A DNA stretch of 64,000 nt from Nitrospinales bacterium (GCA_965223345.1 CBDCWG010000007.1:224001-288000); one strand, 5' to 3'. Positions 19,141 to 30,181 are shown, numbered from the stretch's first letter. The notes: generated by a model not told the origin, from the letters alone. Program-made: numbers and translations.

Positions 19141-19620
19141 TTACGCGCTCTTGGCTTTCGCCTCTTTCCCGCTGCATTCGGAGCCGGACTGAAAGCAAAA
19201 GCCATCGACCTTTTTGCCCTCGGATGCGGCCTTGAGCAACGGCAGCGCGTGCTCCTCCCAACCCTGGCCAAAACCGTCGGCGGCGGGCTTTTGCGTGATG
19301 TTGTAGTGACGCAGCGTCAGCCGGGTTCCCTGCCCTTCCGGTTTCAGTTTGATCTCGACGGTGGTCGCCCCCGGTTCCAGTTCGTGCATGCCGCCCCAGG
19401 TGAACACCACTTTTTCGTGCGGCACCACCTCCACGTATTCGCCGCGGCAATGCAGGCCGTCGTGCGTGCCGACATGAAACACGCCGCCGGGCCGGGCGTC
19501 GGCTACGACGACCTCGCCGTACCATTCCTTCATTTTGGATTCTTCGGTCAGATACGAAAATACGGTTTCCGGACGGGCTTCGATGACGATCTCGCGCGTG
19601 AGTTCATAAGTCTCGCTCAT
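19141..19620 (-). CDS. SRPBCC/AHSA1-family protein (paralogue 1)
   Basis: Same motifs; tandem duplicate of 18637-19080. Confidence 0.9.
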   Translation of the reverse strand: MSETYELTREIVIEARPETVFSYLTEESKMKEWYGEVVVADARPGGVFHVGTHDGLHCRGEYVEVVPHEKVVFTWGGMHELEPGATTVEIKLKPEGQGTRLTLRHYNITQKPAADGFGQGWEEHALPLLKAASEGKKVDGFCFQSGSECSGKEAKAKSA

Positions 19621-19937
19621 GATTTTCTCCTGCTTTTTCTTTCGTTTTTTTCGACGGCGGCTTTCAGTTTTTCCAGACGCGGATCCCAGAAGCCCTCGAG
19701 AAAGGCCTTCAGTTCCGCAAACCCCTCGGGGCGCACGCTGTAGAGCCGGCGGGTCCCCTGCCGGCGTTCCTTGAGCAGGCCGGCCTTTTTCAGCACACCC
19801 AGGTGCTGGGAGACCGCCGGACGGGTGATATCGGTGAAATTGCGGGCAATGTCTCCCGCCGACATCTCCGAACGCCGCACCAGCCGCAGAATCGCAAACC
19901 GGGTGGGTTCCGCCATCGCCTGTATGGTTTCGAACAT
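19617..19937 (-). CDS. ArsR/SmtB-family transcriptional regulator
   Basis: AEPTRFAIL, PAVSQHLGVLKKAGL...R.G..R.Y. Confidence 0.92.
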   Translation of the reverse strand: MFETIQAMAEPTRFAILRLVRRSEMSAGDIARNFTDITRPAVSQHLGVLKKAGLLKERRQGTRRLYSVRPEGFAELKAFLEGFWDPRLEKLKAAVEKNERKSRRKS

Positions 19938-19943
19938 GGCAGT

Positions 19944-19972
19944 ATGTTAGCTAAAACTTACGTTAGTATCAA
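19944..19972 (-). promoter_or_regulatory. Sigma70 promoter with an overlapping palindromic operator; probably leaderless
   Basis: TTGATA-17-TAACAT ending 6 nt before the ATG; imperfect palindrome ACGTAAG-N6-CTAACAT. Confidence 0.6.
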
Positions 19973-20044
19973 CTAAAATTTACCGGACGGCTCGTTTGAT
20001 GGACAATGAGGTTCTCAGAAATCTGTTACCTGAAAGGATTTTCC

Positions 20045-20416
20045 ATGATCGATCATGTGTGCGTGGGTGTGAAGGATTGTGAGGTGAGCCGGGATTTCTA
20101 CCGCGACGTTCTGTCCACTTTAGGCTATGAACTGTTGATGGAAGTCGAGGGCAACGCCGGATTCGGCACTGCGAATTTCAAGCCGAGCTTCTGGATTTCC
20201 AAGAACCAGGAACCCTCGCCGCAGGTGCATTACTGCTTCCAGGCCAAGACCCGGGCCGCAGTGCGGGCCTTTCATCAGGCGGCCCTGGCGGCGGGAGCCG
20301 AGGAGGAATCCCTGCCGGGGATCTGCGAGGAATACCACCCCTCCTATTACGCCACGTTCGTGTTCGATCCGGACGGCTACAAGATCGAAGCGGTGACCTT
20401 CGCAGACGAAGCGTGA
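20045..20416 (+). CDS. VOC/glyoxalase-family protein
   Basis: MIDHV...V.D...SR.FY, YYATFVFDPDGYKIEAV. Confidence 0.92.
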   Translation: MIDHVCVGVKDCEVSRDFYRDVLSTLGYELLMEVEGNAGFGTANFKPSFWISKNQEPSPQVHYCFQAKTRAAVRAFHQAALAAGAEEESLPGICEEYHPSYYATFVFDPDGYKIEAVTFADEA

Positions 20417-20428
20417 ATCAGCAGGGCC

Positions 20429-21007
20429 TCATTTCTTGCCGTACCCCGTGACCTGGCATTCGTCGTTGTCCAGGCTTTCCTGCAACGGGTTTCTCACTTC
20501 CACACCGTCGATGAAGTGCCGGGTTTTGGTGACGGGCTTGCCATCCACAAACTTGGTATGGGATTTTATGCGGGCATTTTTGAAACGGGCGCTGTTCTTG
20601 TAATAGTCGGCGATGTCCGCGAGTTTTTCCGGCGGATAATTGCACTCCATCTTGCCGCCGGCGGGCATCGTCTCGACGTAGTGGCACTTCCCATCCTTCA
20701 TGCCGGTGATGCGGCGCTCCAGCTTCTCTCCCATGAGCGGGTGATGGAACTCCTGCGCGAAGGCTTTGCACTCGGCCAGGTGTTGCAACAGCGCTTCCAT
20801 GTCCCTGGCTTCGCATTGTTCGCTTTCGGTTTCGAGCGAATCGGGCGTCAGGGTTTCAGCCAGTTTCTTGCAGGCCGCGGCCCTGGGGTCCTGTTCGCTG
20901 CGCAAGCCCAGACAGTCGCAGACGGTGATGTTATCGTTTTCGGCGCCCGCTGCGATTTGCGGCGACAAAACGAAGCAAACGAGCGCGAGCCACAGAGTTT
21001 TTTTCAT
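20429..21007 (-). CDS. Secreted Cys-containing hypothetical protein
   Basis: Signal peptide MKKTLWLALVCFVLSPQIAAG; several paired Cys. Confidence 0.7.
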   Translation of the reverse strand: MKKTLWLALVCFVLSPQIAAGAENDNITVCDCLGLRSEQDPRAAACKKLAETLTPDSLETESEQCEARDMEALLQHLAECKAFAQEFHHPLMGEKLERRITGMKDGKCHYVETMPAGGKMECNYPPEKLADIADYYKNSARFKNARIKSHTKFVDGKPVTKTRHFIDGVEVRNPLQESLDNDECQVTGYGKK

Positions 21008-21134
21008 GTGCCGGATCCTTCCTTTCAAACAAGAAGGGTTTATGTGCGGGAAGGCGCTATCATGCACCGGCTGCGGAATTCCGGCAACTCTTTATGTTGA
21101 AAAGGTTTTTAATCAATAGGTTTTGGCGGCGGGA

Positions 21135-21854
21135 TCAGCGGCTCGTTCGCTGATTCAGGTGGGTCATCATTCGGAGGTGTCTGCGCGCCTGCCTGCGCAC
21201 TTTGAGGATGAGCTTGCGATCGGCCCGGTCCCTGGGGCTTTTCATTCCGTTCGTTTCCAGAAATCTCCGAATATGGAAATCCTTGAACAACGCGGCAGGA
21301 ATCGGCTCACCAGGCTTTCCTGTCACCAGACTTTTGAGCTGGGATTGGGTCAAACCCGAATCGGGTAAAGCATGTGCTTTGGGTTTATAGTATTTTTTTG
21401 TGCGGTGCTTTTTTCTTTTGACTGCGGGCTTCGCTGTAACAGAAAGAATGGATTCCGGTTTTCCCGTGTCGTTTAAAAGATGAACCTGCTTCAGACGGAA
21501 GGGCTCCGCCCACACATACACCGTGTTGTGATCCTGTAAAATCTCAAGGACGATGTCCGTCCAGTTCAAGCCCTGGGTTTCAAGGCTGACAGTCTCTCCG
21601 CTCAAGGACTCGGGAATATCGAAACGGACGCCGCTTTTTTCGGCGATCGCATTCAAGACGCGGGACAGGGTCACCCCTTGCGCCTGCACGACCCATTTTC
21701 GGGAACCGTCCTGCGATTCCTGCTGGAAAACCTGCAACGATCCGGCTCCCTGAGCGGGACTGAAAAAAAGCAGCCCGATCAGGGAGCTCAGAGCCAAGAT
21801 CCACAACTTCGCTATCTTGCCGTTCCGGAAGTTTGGAACCATTTCATTTTTCAA
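21135..21854 (-). CDS. Exported protein with an STN/secretin-N-like domain
   Basis: Signal peptide followed by [23 protein letters not shown]. Confidence 0.55.
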   Translation of the reverse strand: MKNEMVPNFRNGKIAKLWILALSSLIGLLFFSPAQGAGSLQVFQQESQDGSRKWVVQAQGVTLSRVLNAIAEKSGVRFDIPESLSGETVSLETQGLNWTDIVLEILQDHNTVYVWAEPFRLKQVHLLNDTGKPESILSVTAKPAVKRKKHRTKKYYKPKAHALPDSGLTQSQLKSLVTGKPGEPIPAALFKDFHIRRFLETNGMKSPRDRADRKLILKVRRQARRHLRMMTHLNQRTSR

Positions 21855-22339
21855 TCGGGGATTTCAATAAAGCAATCACTGGAACAACCGTCTCCGTCCA
21901 TATTGTTCGCATCGTCGCATTCTTCATCCGGGGGCTCAACCACTCCGTTTCCGCACATAGGCACGGTCATTTCATTCAGGCACGCACTGGAACAGCCATC
22001 TCCGTCCACCATATTTCCATCGTCACATTCCTCAGGAGCCTCCACAACTCCATCTCCACATGTGGGTCCCTCACAAGGAAGGGGGTTGCCTGTTATCTGT
22101 TCAAATTTGTCTGCAACCCGCATACAGGCATTTTCGGAAGCCTGCGGTGCAGGTGAATCGCAGTCCATCGCTTCGCAATACGCATTACAAAGACCAAATG
22201 CTGCGCCCGCCTGCCCGTCGCAAATGTCTTCCACGCTGGGCGGTTCTCCGTCCGGGGTCTGAGCGAACACGGCACTGCTGCTCCACAGCATGAACGCGCT
22301 CACTCCGCACGCCAAAAGAAATTTTAATGATCGTTTCAT
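21851..22339 (-). CDS. Secreted protein with two Myxococcus Cys-rich (DUF4215) repeats
   Basis: [25 protein letters not shown] and [26 protein letters not shown]. Confidence 0.85.
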   Translation of the reverse strand: MKRSLKFLLACGVSAFMLWSSSAVFAQTPDGEPPSVEDICDGQAGAAFGLCNAYCEAMDCDSPAPQASENACMRVADKFEQITGNPLPCEGPTCGDGVVEAPEECDDGNMVDGDGCSSACLNEMTVPMCGNGVVEPPDEECDDANNMDGDGCSSDCFIEIPD

Positions 22340-22484
22340 CTGCCGTTTTCTCCTCGATTAGTTTTACATTCACAACGATCCGGATAAACCGGCAGATCTT
22401 TATCGGCAGGTTCATCGGAAAAATGAGGCGATGCGGAATAAGAAGCGAGAGAAAGAAACGGAGATAAATACGAGCTGTGGGAAT

Positions 22485-24056
22485 TTACAAAAATACTTTT
22501 TTGACGAGCAGCAGGACGCTCGTGGTGATCACCGCCGCTCCGGCGAAGTTGAGCGCCAGGCCGACGCGGGACATTTGCGGGATGGTCACCCAGCCGCTCG
22601 AATACACGATGGCGTTGGGCGGTGTGGCCACAGGCAGCATGAACGCACAGGAAGCGGAAACGGTGGCGGGGATCATCAGCAACAGGGGATGAAAATGCGC
22701 GGCGGCGGCCGCGGCGGCGATGATCGGCAGGATCATCGTGGTGGTCGCGGTGTTGGACGTGAGCTCGGTGAGAAAGGTCACCGTGAGGCAGATGCTGAGG
22801 ATCACCAGCCAGATGGGCAGCGAGGCGACGCCGGTGAGCTGGGTTCCGATCCACTGGTCCAATCCGGTATTGGCGAACCCCGCGGCGAGGGCGAAACCGC
22901 CGCCGAACAAAAGCAGGATGCCCCAGGGCACTTTCTTTTGCACGGTGGCCCAGTCGAGGGCGAAGTATTCGGTTCTGCCGTTCAGCACCTGTCCGCGGCC
23001 ACCGTTGACGGGAAGCAGCATGAGCAAAAGCCCCATGGCCATGGCGACGGTGGCGTCGTGCAGCAACTCGGGCCGGGCAAACAGCTGCGACCAGCCGGGG
23101 ATGGTGAACGATCCCAGGGAAATGGGTTTGCGGAAGATCCACAAAAACGCCGTGAGAAAAAACACGGTGGCGATGGCCTTTTCCGCCGGATTGATTTTAC
23201 CCAGTTCCCTGAGTTCCTCATGGATGATCTGCCCCGCCTGGTCGTCGAATTGAATTCGGTGCAGCGGCACCTGCGATACGAAACGGCACAGATACCACCA
23301 GACCAGCGGCACGAACACACACACCAGGGGAACCGCGAATTTCATCCAGTCAAAAAACGTCAGCTCGGGAAGATCGGGAAACAGCTTCTTGTAAAAGCCC
23401 GCCAGCACGATGTTGGGGGCGGTGCCGATCAGCGTGCCGGTCCCGCCGATGCTGGCCGCATACGCAAGCCCCAGCATGAGCACCAGACCCAGGCTCTCGC
23501 GGATCCTGCGCTCGGTTTCACCGTTGCGCTCACCGTCGATGCTGGCCTCTTCGGCGATCTGGCGCACCACCGCCATGCAGACCGGCAGCAGCATCATGGT
23601 GGTCGCGGTGTTGGAGATCCACATGGACAAAAACGCGGAGGCGGTCATGAACCCGAACACGATGCGCTTCAGGTTCGTGCCGATGGCGGCGACGATGAGC
23701 AGCGCCAGGCGTTTGTGGAAGTTCCACTTCTCCATGGCGATGGCGATCATGAAGCCGCCGAGAAACAAAAACACCAGGTGGTTGGTGTAGTTGGGCGCCA
23801 CCTCCTTGCTCGACAGGATGCCGAGCAGCGGGAACAGCACCAGCGGCATGAGCGCGGTCACGGTCACGGAGGTGCCTTCGCCGATCCACCACACGGCCAT
23901 CATCAGCACCACCGCGAGCAGCCGTTTGGCTTCGGGGGTCATGCCTTCGGGCAGCGGCATGAAAAATACCACCGCGAACGCGGTCAGTCCGGTGAGGAGA
24001 ACGAGAATCTGTTTTTTGAATGCTTTTGCGGTGCCGGTGGCGTCGCTCGCAATCAA
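22485..24056 (-). CDS. SLC13/DASS sodium:anion (dicarboxylate/sulfate) symporter
   Basis: SMWISNTAT, GT..GTAPN, TSNTAT, AFMLPVATPPNA. Start uncertain. Confidence 0.92.
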   Translation of the reverse strand: MIASDATGTAKAFKKQILVLLTGLTAFAVVFFMPLPEGMTPEAKRLLAVVLMMAVWWIGEGTSVTVTALMPLVLFPLLGILSSKEVAPNYTNHLVFLFLGGFMIAIAMEKWNFHKRLALLIVAAIGTNLKRIVFGFMTASAFLSMWISNTATTMMLLPVCMAVVRQIAEEASIDGERNGETERRIRESLGLVLMLGLAYAASIGGTGTLIGTAPNIVLAGFYKKLFPDLPELTFFDWMKFAVPLVCVFVPLVWWYLCRFVSQVPLHRIQFDDQAGQIIHEELRELGKINPAEKAIATVFFLTAFLWIFRKPISLGSFTIPGWSQLFARPELLHDATVAMAMGLLLMLLPVNGGRGQVLNGRTEYFALDWATVQKKVPWGILLLFGGGFALAAGFANTGLDQWIGTQLTGVASLPIWLVILSICLTVTFLTELTSNTATTTMILPIIAAAAAAAHFHPLLLMIPATVSASCAFMLPVATPPNAIVYSSGWVTIPQMSRVGLALNFAGAAVITTSVLLLVKKVFL

Positions 24057-24069
24057 GTCGAAGCTCCGG

Positions 24070-24675
24070 TCACTTCTGGGAAACGGCCTGCAACGCGGCG
24101 GCGATTTCCTGGCTGAGGTCGGAAAGGGTCTGGTTCATCGCGCCCACCACGCCTTTGACGCCTTCTCCGGCGACGGGCTGGTGGAAACTGGAGTTTCTCA
24201 GGAAGACGGTCTCGGTTCCCTGGTTCCCGAGAATGGTCCAGCGCGCATCGAGAAATCCCTCCTTGCCCATCTCGCCCTCAAACTTGCGCACTTCGACGAC
24301 CACCTGGTAGTCGGGGGAAACGGGATTGTTCGCCGGGATGACGGTGACGTTTTTCGTGGCCATGAGCAGCGAAAGGTTTTCGGCGAGCACGTTGGAGAAA
24401 TTCTCTTTCAGAGGTTCGGCCCATTTGGGCGCGGGCGCGCCTTCTTTTTTCGGCTTGCCGGCGGCGACGATCTCCGGCTTGTCCAGATGTTCCGCAAGGC
24501 GCACCTGGGTCACCCCGACGGTGGCTTCCAACGGCGCGGACGTGTTGCTGCCTGCGGCTTCCAGCTTACCGATCGGCGTCAGCGTGTACTCGTTTTTGGA
24601 AAACGGGGAACCGGCACACCCCGCAAGCACCAGCAAAACGAAAAGGGCAACGGCCGTGATGAAGCGAAAGGTCAT
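24070..24675 (-). CDS. PqiC-like (ABC auxiliary) lipoprotein
   Basis: LAGC lipobox, V.L..HLD...IV, WAEPL, LDARW.I. Confidence 0.8.
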   Translation of the reverse strand: MTFRFITAVALFVLLVLAGCAGSPFSKNEYTLTPIGKLEAAGSNTSAPLEATVGVTQVRLAEHLDKPEIVAAGKPKKEGAPAPKWAEPLKENFSNVLAENLSLLMATKNVTVIPANNPVSPDYQVVVEVRKFEGEMGKEGFLDARWTILGNQGTETVFLRNSSFHQPVAGEGVKGVVGAMNQTLSDLSQEIAAALQAVSQK

Positions 24676-24928
24676 GGAATTCGTCCTCCTGGTTGGGGTT
24701 CCTGCCCACCGGGAACCCGTGTTCGCAACCTGATGGTCATCTAAAAACGGAATCGTGCCGCGGCGCACGGAAGGGTCGAGGTGTTGAGTGCACCGCGGTT
24801 TTCGGGGTCCCTTCCGATCCCGGTCGGGATATCGCAAGGGGGACCGCCGCAAGCGGCGATGAGCCCGGCCTCTAGTTTATATAAAAAAGATTTGAAAATC
24901 AGCTATTTCAACGCGCGCCGGCGAAACT

Positions 24929-25810
24929 TCAGCTTGCGGCCAGCATGCGGTCGATCTTCAACGTGGATACGATGTGCTTGTCCATGTCCAGCTCTTTGGG
25001 GGAGTAGCCCAGCGCCAGAGCGACGAGCTGGGGCAGATGCAGAATGGGGATGGCGTATTTTTTCTTGAGCAGAACCTCGATTTCGGGCTGATAGGAATCG
25101 AGGTTCAGGTGACAAAGTGGGCAGCCCGTCACCACGCAATCGGCGCCGCTTTCGACGGCGTCCACCAGCGCGTTGCCCGCCATGTCGAGCGAGGCTTTCT
25201 TGTTCATCATCACGATGGGAAACCCGCAGCATTTGATGCGGCTGGGATAATAAACGGGGGTGGCGCCGAGCACTTCGAAAATCTCTTCCAGGCCGGTCGG
25301 GTTGTCCGGGTTGTCAAAATCGGACAGGTGCGAGGGGCGCAGCACGTAACAGCCGTAAAAGGCCGCTACCTTGAGTCCGGTGAGCGGGCGCTTGATCCTC
25401 TCCTTGAGCCGCGCCATGCCCTCGTCGCTGGCGAGGATGTTGGCGAAATGCTTGATCCGGCTTTTGCTGCCGTCGTACTGGTGCCCGCCATCCTTGAGCA
25501 GGTGATTGATCCTCTCCTTGTAGGCGGGATCGGATTTGATGGTGCACTCGGATTTTTTCAGCACGCCCTGACAGGTGGAACAGATGGTAACCAGATCCAG
25601 GCCCTTCTTTTCCGCGATGGCGAAGGTGCGGGCGTTGAGCGTGTCGGCGAGGATCGGGCTTTTCTCGCCCACCACGCCGGCGCCGCAGCAGGCGGCGCTT
25701 TTCATCTCGACAAAATCGATGCCCAGCCCTTCGGCGGCTTTCTTGGTGGACACCATCAACTCGCGGGTCGCCCCCTGGGACACACACCCGGTGAAAAGAG
25801 CAAATTTCAT
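24929..25810 (-). CDS. CCG-domain (HdrB-like/SdhE-type) subunit of succinate dehydrogenase/fumarate reductase
   Basis: [31 protein letters not shown]; overlaps the sdhB stop. Confidence 0.88.
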   Translation of the reverse strand: MKFALFTGCVSQGATRELMVSTKKAAEGLGIDFVEMKSAACCGAGVVGEKSPILADTLNARTFAIAEKKGLDLVTICSTCQGVLKKSECTIKSDPAYKERINHLLKDGGHQYDGSKSRIKHFANILASDEGMARLKERIKRPLTGLKVAAFYGCYVLRPSHLSDFDNPDNPTGLEEIFEVLGATPVYYPSRIKCCGFPIVMMNKKASLDMAGNALVDAVESGADCVVTGCPLCHLNLDSYQPEIEVLLKKKYAIPILHLPQLVALALGYSPKELDMDKHIVSTLKIDRMLAAS

Positions 25811-26748
25811 TGATCCAGTTCCTTGAATATGCGTTTCACATCCTTGACGTCATCGATGGACTTATGAATGATCGGCGGGATCTTCCACTTGAGCAACATG
25901 CGCAGGCCGATCGGAATCAGATCCATCAGACCCTTGATGTTGAAAATCCCGATCGATTCAATGGGAATACGGTTCTCGTCGAGCCGCCCGCTGCGTTTCA
26001 CGGAGTTGGCAAAAGAGAGGGCGTGACGCGCGCCGTTGTTGTTGGTCACGCCCTGTTCCATGGCGACGGTCATGATTTCCTTGATGCGGTAGAACGGTTC
26101 GGCGGGCTTGGGACAGCGCTCGACGCATTCGGCGCAGTGGGTGCAGTCCCAGATGCCGCCCGGCTCGCTGAGCTCGGTGACGCGCTCAAGCGTGTCGCCG
26201 TCGCGCGAATCGCACACGAAGCGCTGCGCCTTGGCGAGGGCGGCGGGGCCGAGAAATTTGTCGTCTACCTCGAGGACATTGCAGTCGGAATAACAGTTGC
26301 CGCACATGATGCAGGTGCTGGCGTCGTCGATCAGGCTGAACTGTTCCGGTGACTGCTTTCTTTCCTTTTCCGGGGGCTTGTCCGACGGCTTGAGATACGG
26401 CTTGACCTTGTCGAGCTTGTCCCAGAACGGTTTGAAATCGACGGCCAGATCCTTGATCGGCTGCATGTTGCCCAAAGGCTCGACGGTGATGGTGTCGTTT
26501 TGGTCGAGCTGGCTGGTCGCCTGCCGCTGACAGGCCAGGATGGCGTGGCCGTTGACCTTCATGCCGCAGGAGCCGCAGATGGCGCTGCGGCAGGACATGC
26601 GGTAGGTCAGAGAGCCGTCCATCGTCCACTTGATCAGGTTGATGCAGTCGAGCACTGTGGAGCCGGGCGGGATGTCGAGTTCGAAATCCTCGTAGTAGGG
26701 CTCGGGCTGCTTTTCGGGATTGAAGCGCTTGATCCGGAATGTCGCCAT
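25807..26748 (-). CDS. sdhB: Succinate dehydrogenase/fumarate reductase Fe-S subunit
   Basis: [33 protein letters not shown]. Confidence 0.93.
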   Translation of the reverse strand: MATFRIKRFNPEKQPEPYYEDFELDIPPGSTVLDCINLIKWTMDGSLTYRMSCRSAICGSCGMKVNGHAILACQRQATSQLDQNDTITVEPLGNMQPIKDLAVDFKPFWDKLDKVKPYLKPSDKPPEKERKQSPEQFSLIDDASTCIMCGNCYSDCNVLEVDDKFLGPAALAKAQRFVCDSRDGDTLERVTELSEPGGIWDCTHCAECVERCPKPAEPFYRIKEIMTVAMEQGVTNNNGARHALSFANSVKRSGRLDENRIPIESIGIFNIKGLMDLIPIGLRMLLKWKIPPIIHKSIDDVKDVKRIFKELDQ

Positions 26749-28457
26749 CAGTACTTTCTTTCCGTGGGTTGATGCTTGGTGATCACAACGGGTTTGTACC
26801 TGAGTTCCAGTCCGTCGTCGGAATCGAAGACAAACGTGTGCTTCAAAAACGATTCGTCGTCCCGCTTGGGATGATCGGTGCGGTGATGGCCGCCGCGGCT
26901 TTCGTTGCGCGCCAGCGCGGCGACGGCGATCATCTCCGCCACCTTGAGCATGTTGCCGAGCTCCAGGATTTCATAGATTTCGGTGTTGAACAATTTGCCC
27001 TTGTCCGTCACTTTACCTTTTTTAAAGCGGATTTGCAGTTGTTTGACGGTGTCGATGCACACTTTCAGTTTTTCGGCGTCGCGGAACACCCCGCAATGAC
27101 TCATCATGATCTCTTTCATCTCATTGCGGATCGTGTTGTAGTTTTCGCTGCCATCCCGTTGATAAATATCCTCGAACATTTTCAACACTTTGGCCTTTTC
27201 CGGCCCTTCGTTGACGTGGGCGAAATCCACACTTTTCGCATATTCCAGCGCAGACTTTCCGGCGCGCTCGCCGAACACCGTGGCGTCGAGCAGCGAGTTG
27301 GTGCCCAGGCGGTTGGCGCCGTGCACCGAAACGCAGGCGCATTCGCCGGCGGCGAAAAATCCCTTGAGCGGCGTGCCCTTTTCATCGATCAGCACTTGGC
27401 CGAACTTGTTGGTCGGGATGCCGCCCATCGAATAATGCGCGGTGGGCTGAATGGGCAGCGGGTCCTTGACGCAATCGACGGAGATGAAATCGATGCCCAG
27501 CTGGCGGATCTGCGGCAGCCGCTCCATGATTCGGGCTTCACCGAGATGCCGCAGGTCGAGGTGGATGATGTCCTTGCCATCGACGCCGCGGCCGGCGTCG
27601 ATCTCGCTCTGTTCGGCGCGCGCGACGATGTCCCTGGGGGCCAGCTCCATGCGCGAGGGCGCGTATTTTTCCATGAAGCGCTCGCCCTTGCCGTTGAGCA
27701 GGAAACCGCCCTCCCCGCGCGCGGCCTCGGAAAACAGAATCCCCTGGCGGTACAGCCCCGAAGGATGAAACTGCACAAACTCCGGGTCCTCCATCGGAAT
27801 GCCCGCTTTGAACGCCGCCATCACGCCGTCTGCGGTGCTGGCGAACGCGTTGGTGGTGATGCGGAACACACGGCCGTAGCCGCCGGTGGCGAACACCACC
27901 GCCTTGGCCTGCATGACCTCCAGATTGCCGGTGCGGATGTCGCTCACGACCACGCCGTTACAGCGCCCGTCTTCGACGATGAGCGAGTGCATGTACCACT
28001 CGGAATAGATTTTTATGGATTTGCTTTGCTTGAGGAGCTGTTCGTGCAGGGCGTGCAGGATGGCGTGGCCGGTGCGGTCGGCGGAGAAGCAGGCCCGCGG
28101 CTTGGAGTGCCCGCCGAAACTGCGCTGGGCGATCTTGCCGTCGGGCGTGCGGCTGAACACGCAGCCCATGTGCTCCAATTCGTAGATGACGCGCGGCGCG
28201 GCCTTGACGTATTCCTCGACCGCGTCCTGATCGCTTAAAAAATCGCCGCCCTTGATGGTGTCGTACATGTGCTCTTCCCAGGAATCGTCCTGGGAATTGC
28301 CGAGCGCGGCGGCGATCCCACCCTGGGCAGCGCCGGAATGGGATCGGGAAGGATACACTTTGGTGAGCAGCGCCACGTCCAGATCCTTGGACACTTCCAG
28401 GGCTGCGCGCATGCCCGCGAGCCCGGCGCCGATGATGACGACATCGTGTTTGATCAC
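26748..28457 (-). CDS. sdhA: Succinate dehydrogenase/fumarate reductase flavoprotein
   Basis: [38 protein letters not shown]. Confidence 0.95.
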   Translation of the reverse strand: MIKHDVVIIGAGLAGMRAALEVSKDLDVALLTKVYPSRSHSGAAQGGIAAALGNSQDDSWEEHMYDTIKGGDFLSDQDAVEEYVKAAPRVIYELEHMGCVFSRTPDGKIAQRSFGGHSKPRACFSADRTGHAILHALHEQLLKQSKSIKIYSEWYMHSLIVEDGRCNGVVVSDIRTGNLEVMQAKAVVFATGGYGRVFRITTNAFASTADGVMAAFKAGIPMEDPEFVQFHPSGLYRQGILFSEAARGEGGFLLNGKGERFMEKYAPSRMELAPRDIVARAEQSEIDAGRGVDGKDIIHLDLRHLGEARIMERLPQIRQLGIDFISVDCVKDPLPIQPTAHYSMGGIPTNKFGQVLIDEKGTPLKGFFAAGECACVSVHGANRLGTNSLLDATVFGERAGKSALEYAKSVDFAHVNEGPEKAKVLKMFEDIYQRDGSENYNTIRNEMKEIMMSHCGVFRDAEKLKVCIDTVKQLQIRFKKGKVTDKGKLFNTEIYEILELGNMLKVAEMIAVAALARNESRGGHHRTDHPKRDDESFLKHTFVFDSDDGLELRYKPVVITKHQPTERKY

Positions 28458-28707
28458 AAAAAAAACCCCAAAAAACTCCAGAAGGCGCCGCTGTGTCGCC
28501 GGGACAAAACGCGCCCCGGGCTTTCGGCCCTTTGCAGCACAGATCCCCCAAACCCATGCAGCAAAAGAGCTTTTGGGGGTATACGGTGGTATCCGGTATG
28601 CGAGAAAAAGGGCGGAGGGGCCTCCTGGTGTCGTGATAACTGACTAAAATTGAAGGGCGTATTGAACCATTATCGGTCCGCTTCTGTCAAGAAAAATGAG
28701 AATGCGG

Positions 28708-28735
28708 TTGAAAATGCGGGGAAACCTAATATAAT
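28708..28735 (+). promoter_or_regulatory. Sigma70-type promoter upstream of the helicase
   Basis: TTGAAA-16-TATAAT. Confidence 0.5.
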
Positions 28736-28855
28736 GGTAAATATATCAAAATGTTTCTAATAATTTAGCGAAATTTAATCCAGCCTTCCTGATGAATCAT
28801 CCCCCGTCGGTGGCTTACAAAAACTAACCTTCCTCACTAGCAGTCGGAGTACCCA

Positions 28856-30181
28856 TTGGAAAACATAGCATTCGAATCCCTGGACTTGACCGAAAAAGTC
28901 ATGGATGGAATCCGCGATGCGGATTTCAAATACTGCACCCCCATTCAAGGCGCGGTTCTGCCTTTGACCCTGCAGGGAAAAGACGTGGCGGGTCAGGCGC
29001 AGACCGGAACCGGAAAAACGGCGGCGTTTCTGATCACCCTGTTTCACCGCCTGCTTGAGAACAAGCCATCCGGTCCGCCGCCGAAAGGAAAAGCCGGACC
29101 GCGTGCGCTGATCATCGCGCCGACACGCGAGCTGGCGCGGCAGATCGAGATGGACGCCCGGCTGCTGGGCGGACACACCAATTTCAAGATCGTCTGCGTG
29201 TACGGCGGACTGGATTATCAGAAACAGAAAGACATGATCAAAGCGGGCGTGGACGTTCTCATCGCCACGCCGGGGCGGCTGATCGATTATTACAAGCAGC
29301 GGTTTTTCAGCCTCAAGCTGGTGGAGGTGCTGGTCATCGACGAGGCGGACCGCATGTTCGACATGGGGTTCATCCAGGATCTGCGCTACATCATGCGCAA
29401 CACCTCCCCCTACGACAAGCGGCTGACGATGCTGTTTTCCGCCACGCTCAATTTCCGCGTGATGGAGCTGTGCTACAAATTCATGAACAACCCGGAGCGG
29501 GTGACGATTGAACCGGAAAAAGCGGTGGTGGACGACATCGACCAGTCCCTCTACCACGTCGGGCACCATGAAAAGAACAACCTCCTGCTCGGTCTGCTGA
29601 AACAGGAGGAAGGCGAAAAGGTGCTGATCTTCTGCAACACCAAGGCGATGGCGGAACGGCTGGAACACAAACTCAAGCACAACGGCTACAACGCCGGACA
29701 GATCAGCGGCGACCTGCCGCAGAAAGCGCGCATCCGGGTACTGGAAAAATTCAAAGGCGGCGACATCGACATTCTGATCGCCACCGACGTGGCATCGCGC
29801 GGCATCCACGTGGACGACATCACGCATGTGATCAACTACGATCTGCCGCAGGACCCGGAGGACTACGTGCACCGCATCGGCCGCACGGCGCGGGCGGGGA
29901 AAAAAGGCACGGCGATCACCCTGTGCTGCGAAAACTACGCGGTGCACCTGGAACGGGTGGAAGACTTTCTCAAGCAGAAAATCCCGGTGGTGTGGGCGGA
30001 AGAAGAACTGTTCCTCAAGGAAAAACCGGGCGAACCCTCACGGCCACGCCGGTCATCCCGGCCGCGCGGTAAAACATCCGGCTCCAGCGCCAAAAAATCG
30101 GGAGACAGCCGGCCGAAACGCTCGCGGCCCCGACGCCGGCGTTCGTCATCCCGCCCTTCCGGTTCGGCGACGGCGCCTTGA
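28856..30181 (+). CDS. DEAD-box RNA helicase (RhlB-like)
   Basis: AQTGTGKT, PTRELA, DEAD, SAT, HRIGRT.R; Arg/Ser-rich tail. Confidence 0.95.
   Translation: MENIAFESLDLTEKVMDGIRDADFKYCTPIQGAVLPLTLQGKDVAGQAQTGTGKTAAFLITLFHRLLENKPSGPPPKGKAGPRALIIAPTRELARQIEMDARLLGGHTNFKIVCVYGGLDYQKQKDMIKAGVDVLIATPGRLIDYYKQRFFSLKLVEVLVIDEADRMFDMGFIQDLRYIMRNTSPYDKRLTMLFSATLNFRVMELCYKFMNNPERVTIEPEKAVVDDIDQSLYHVGHHEKNNLLLGLLKQEEGEKVLIFCNTKAMAERLEHKLKHNGYNAGQISGDLPQKARIRVLEKFKGGDIDILIATDVASRGIHVDDITHVINYDLPQDPEDYVHRIGRTARAGKKGTAITLCCENYAVHLERVEDFLKQKIPVVWAEEELFLKEKPGEPSRPRRSSRPRGKTSGSSAKKSGDSRPKRSRPRRRRSSSRPSGSATAP

Noticed and set aside
22431..24116. Long antisense ORFs (this 561-aa one, and others such as 34661-36343, 8615-10294, 40082-41599, 54612-56438)
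   Set aside because: Shadow ORFs opposite well-supported genes, expected from high-GC codon bias.
24929..25810. CPLCH as a c-heme site, or a true heterodisulfide reductase
   Set aside because: The CxxC is part of the CCG-domain motif in a protein with no signal peptide; the sdhAB context indicates an anchor subunit.
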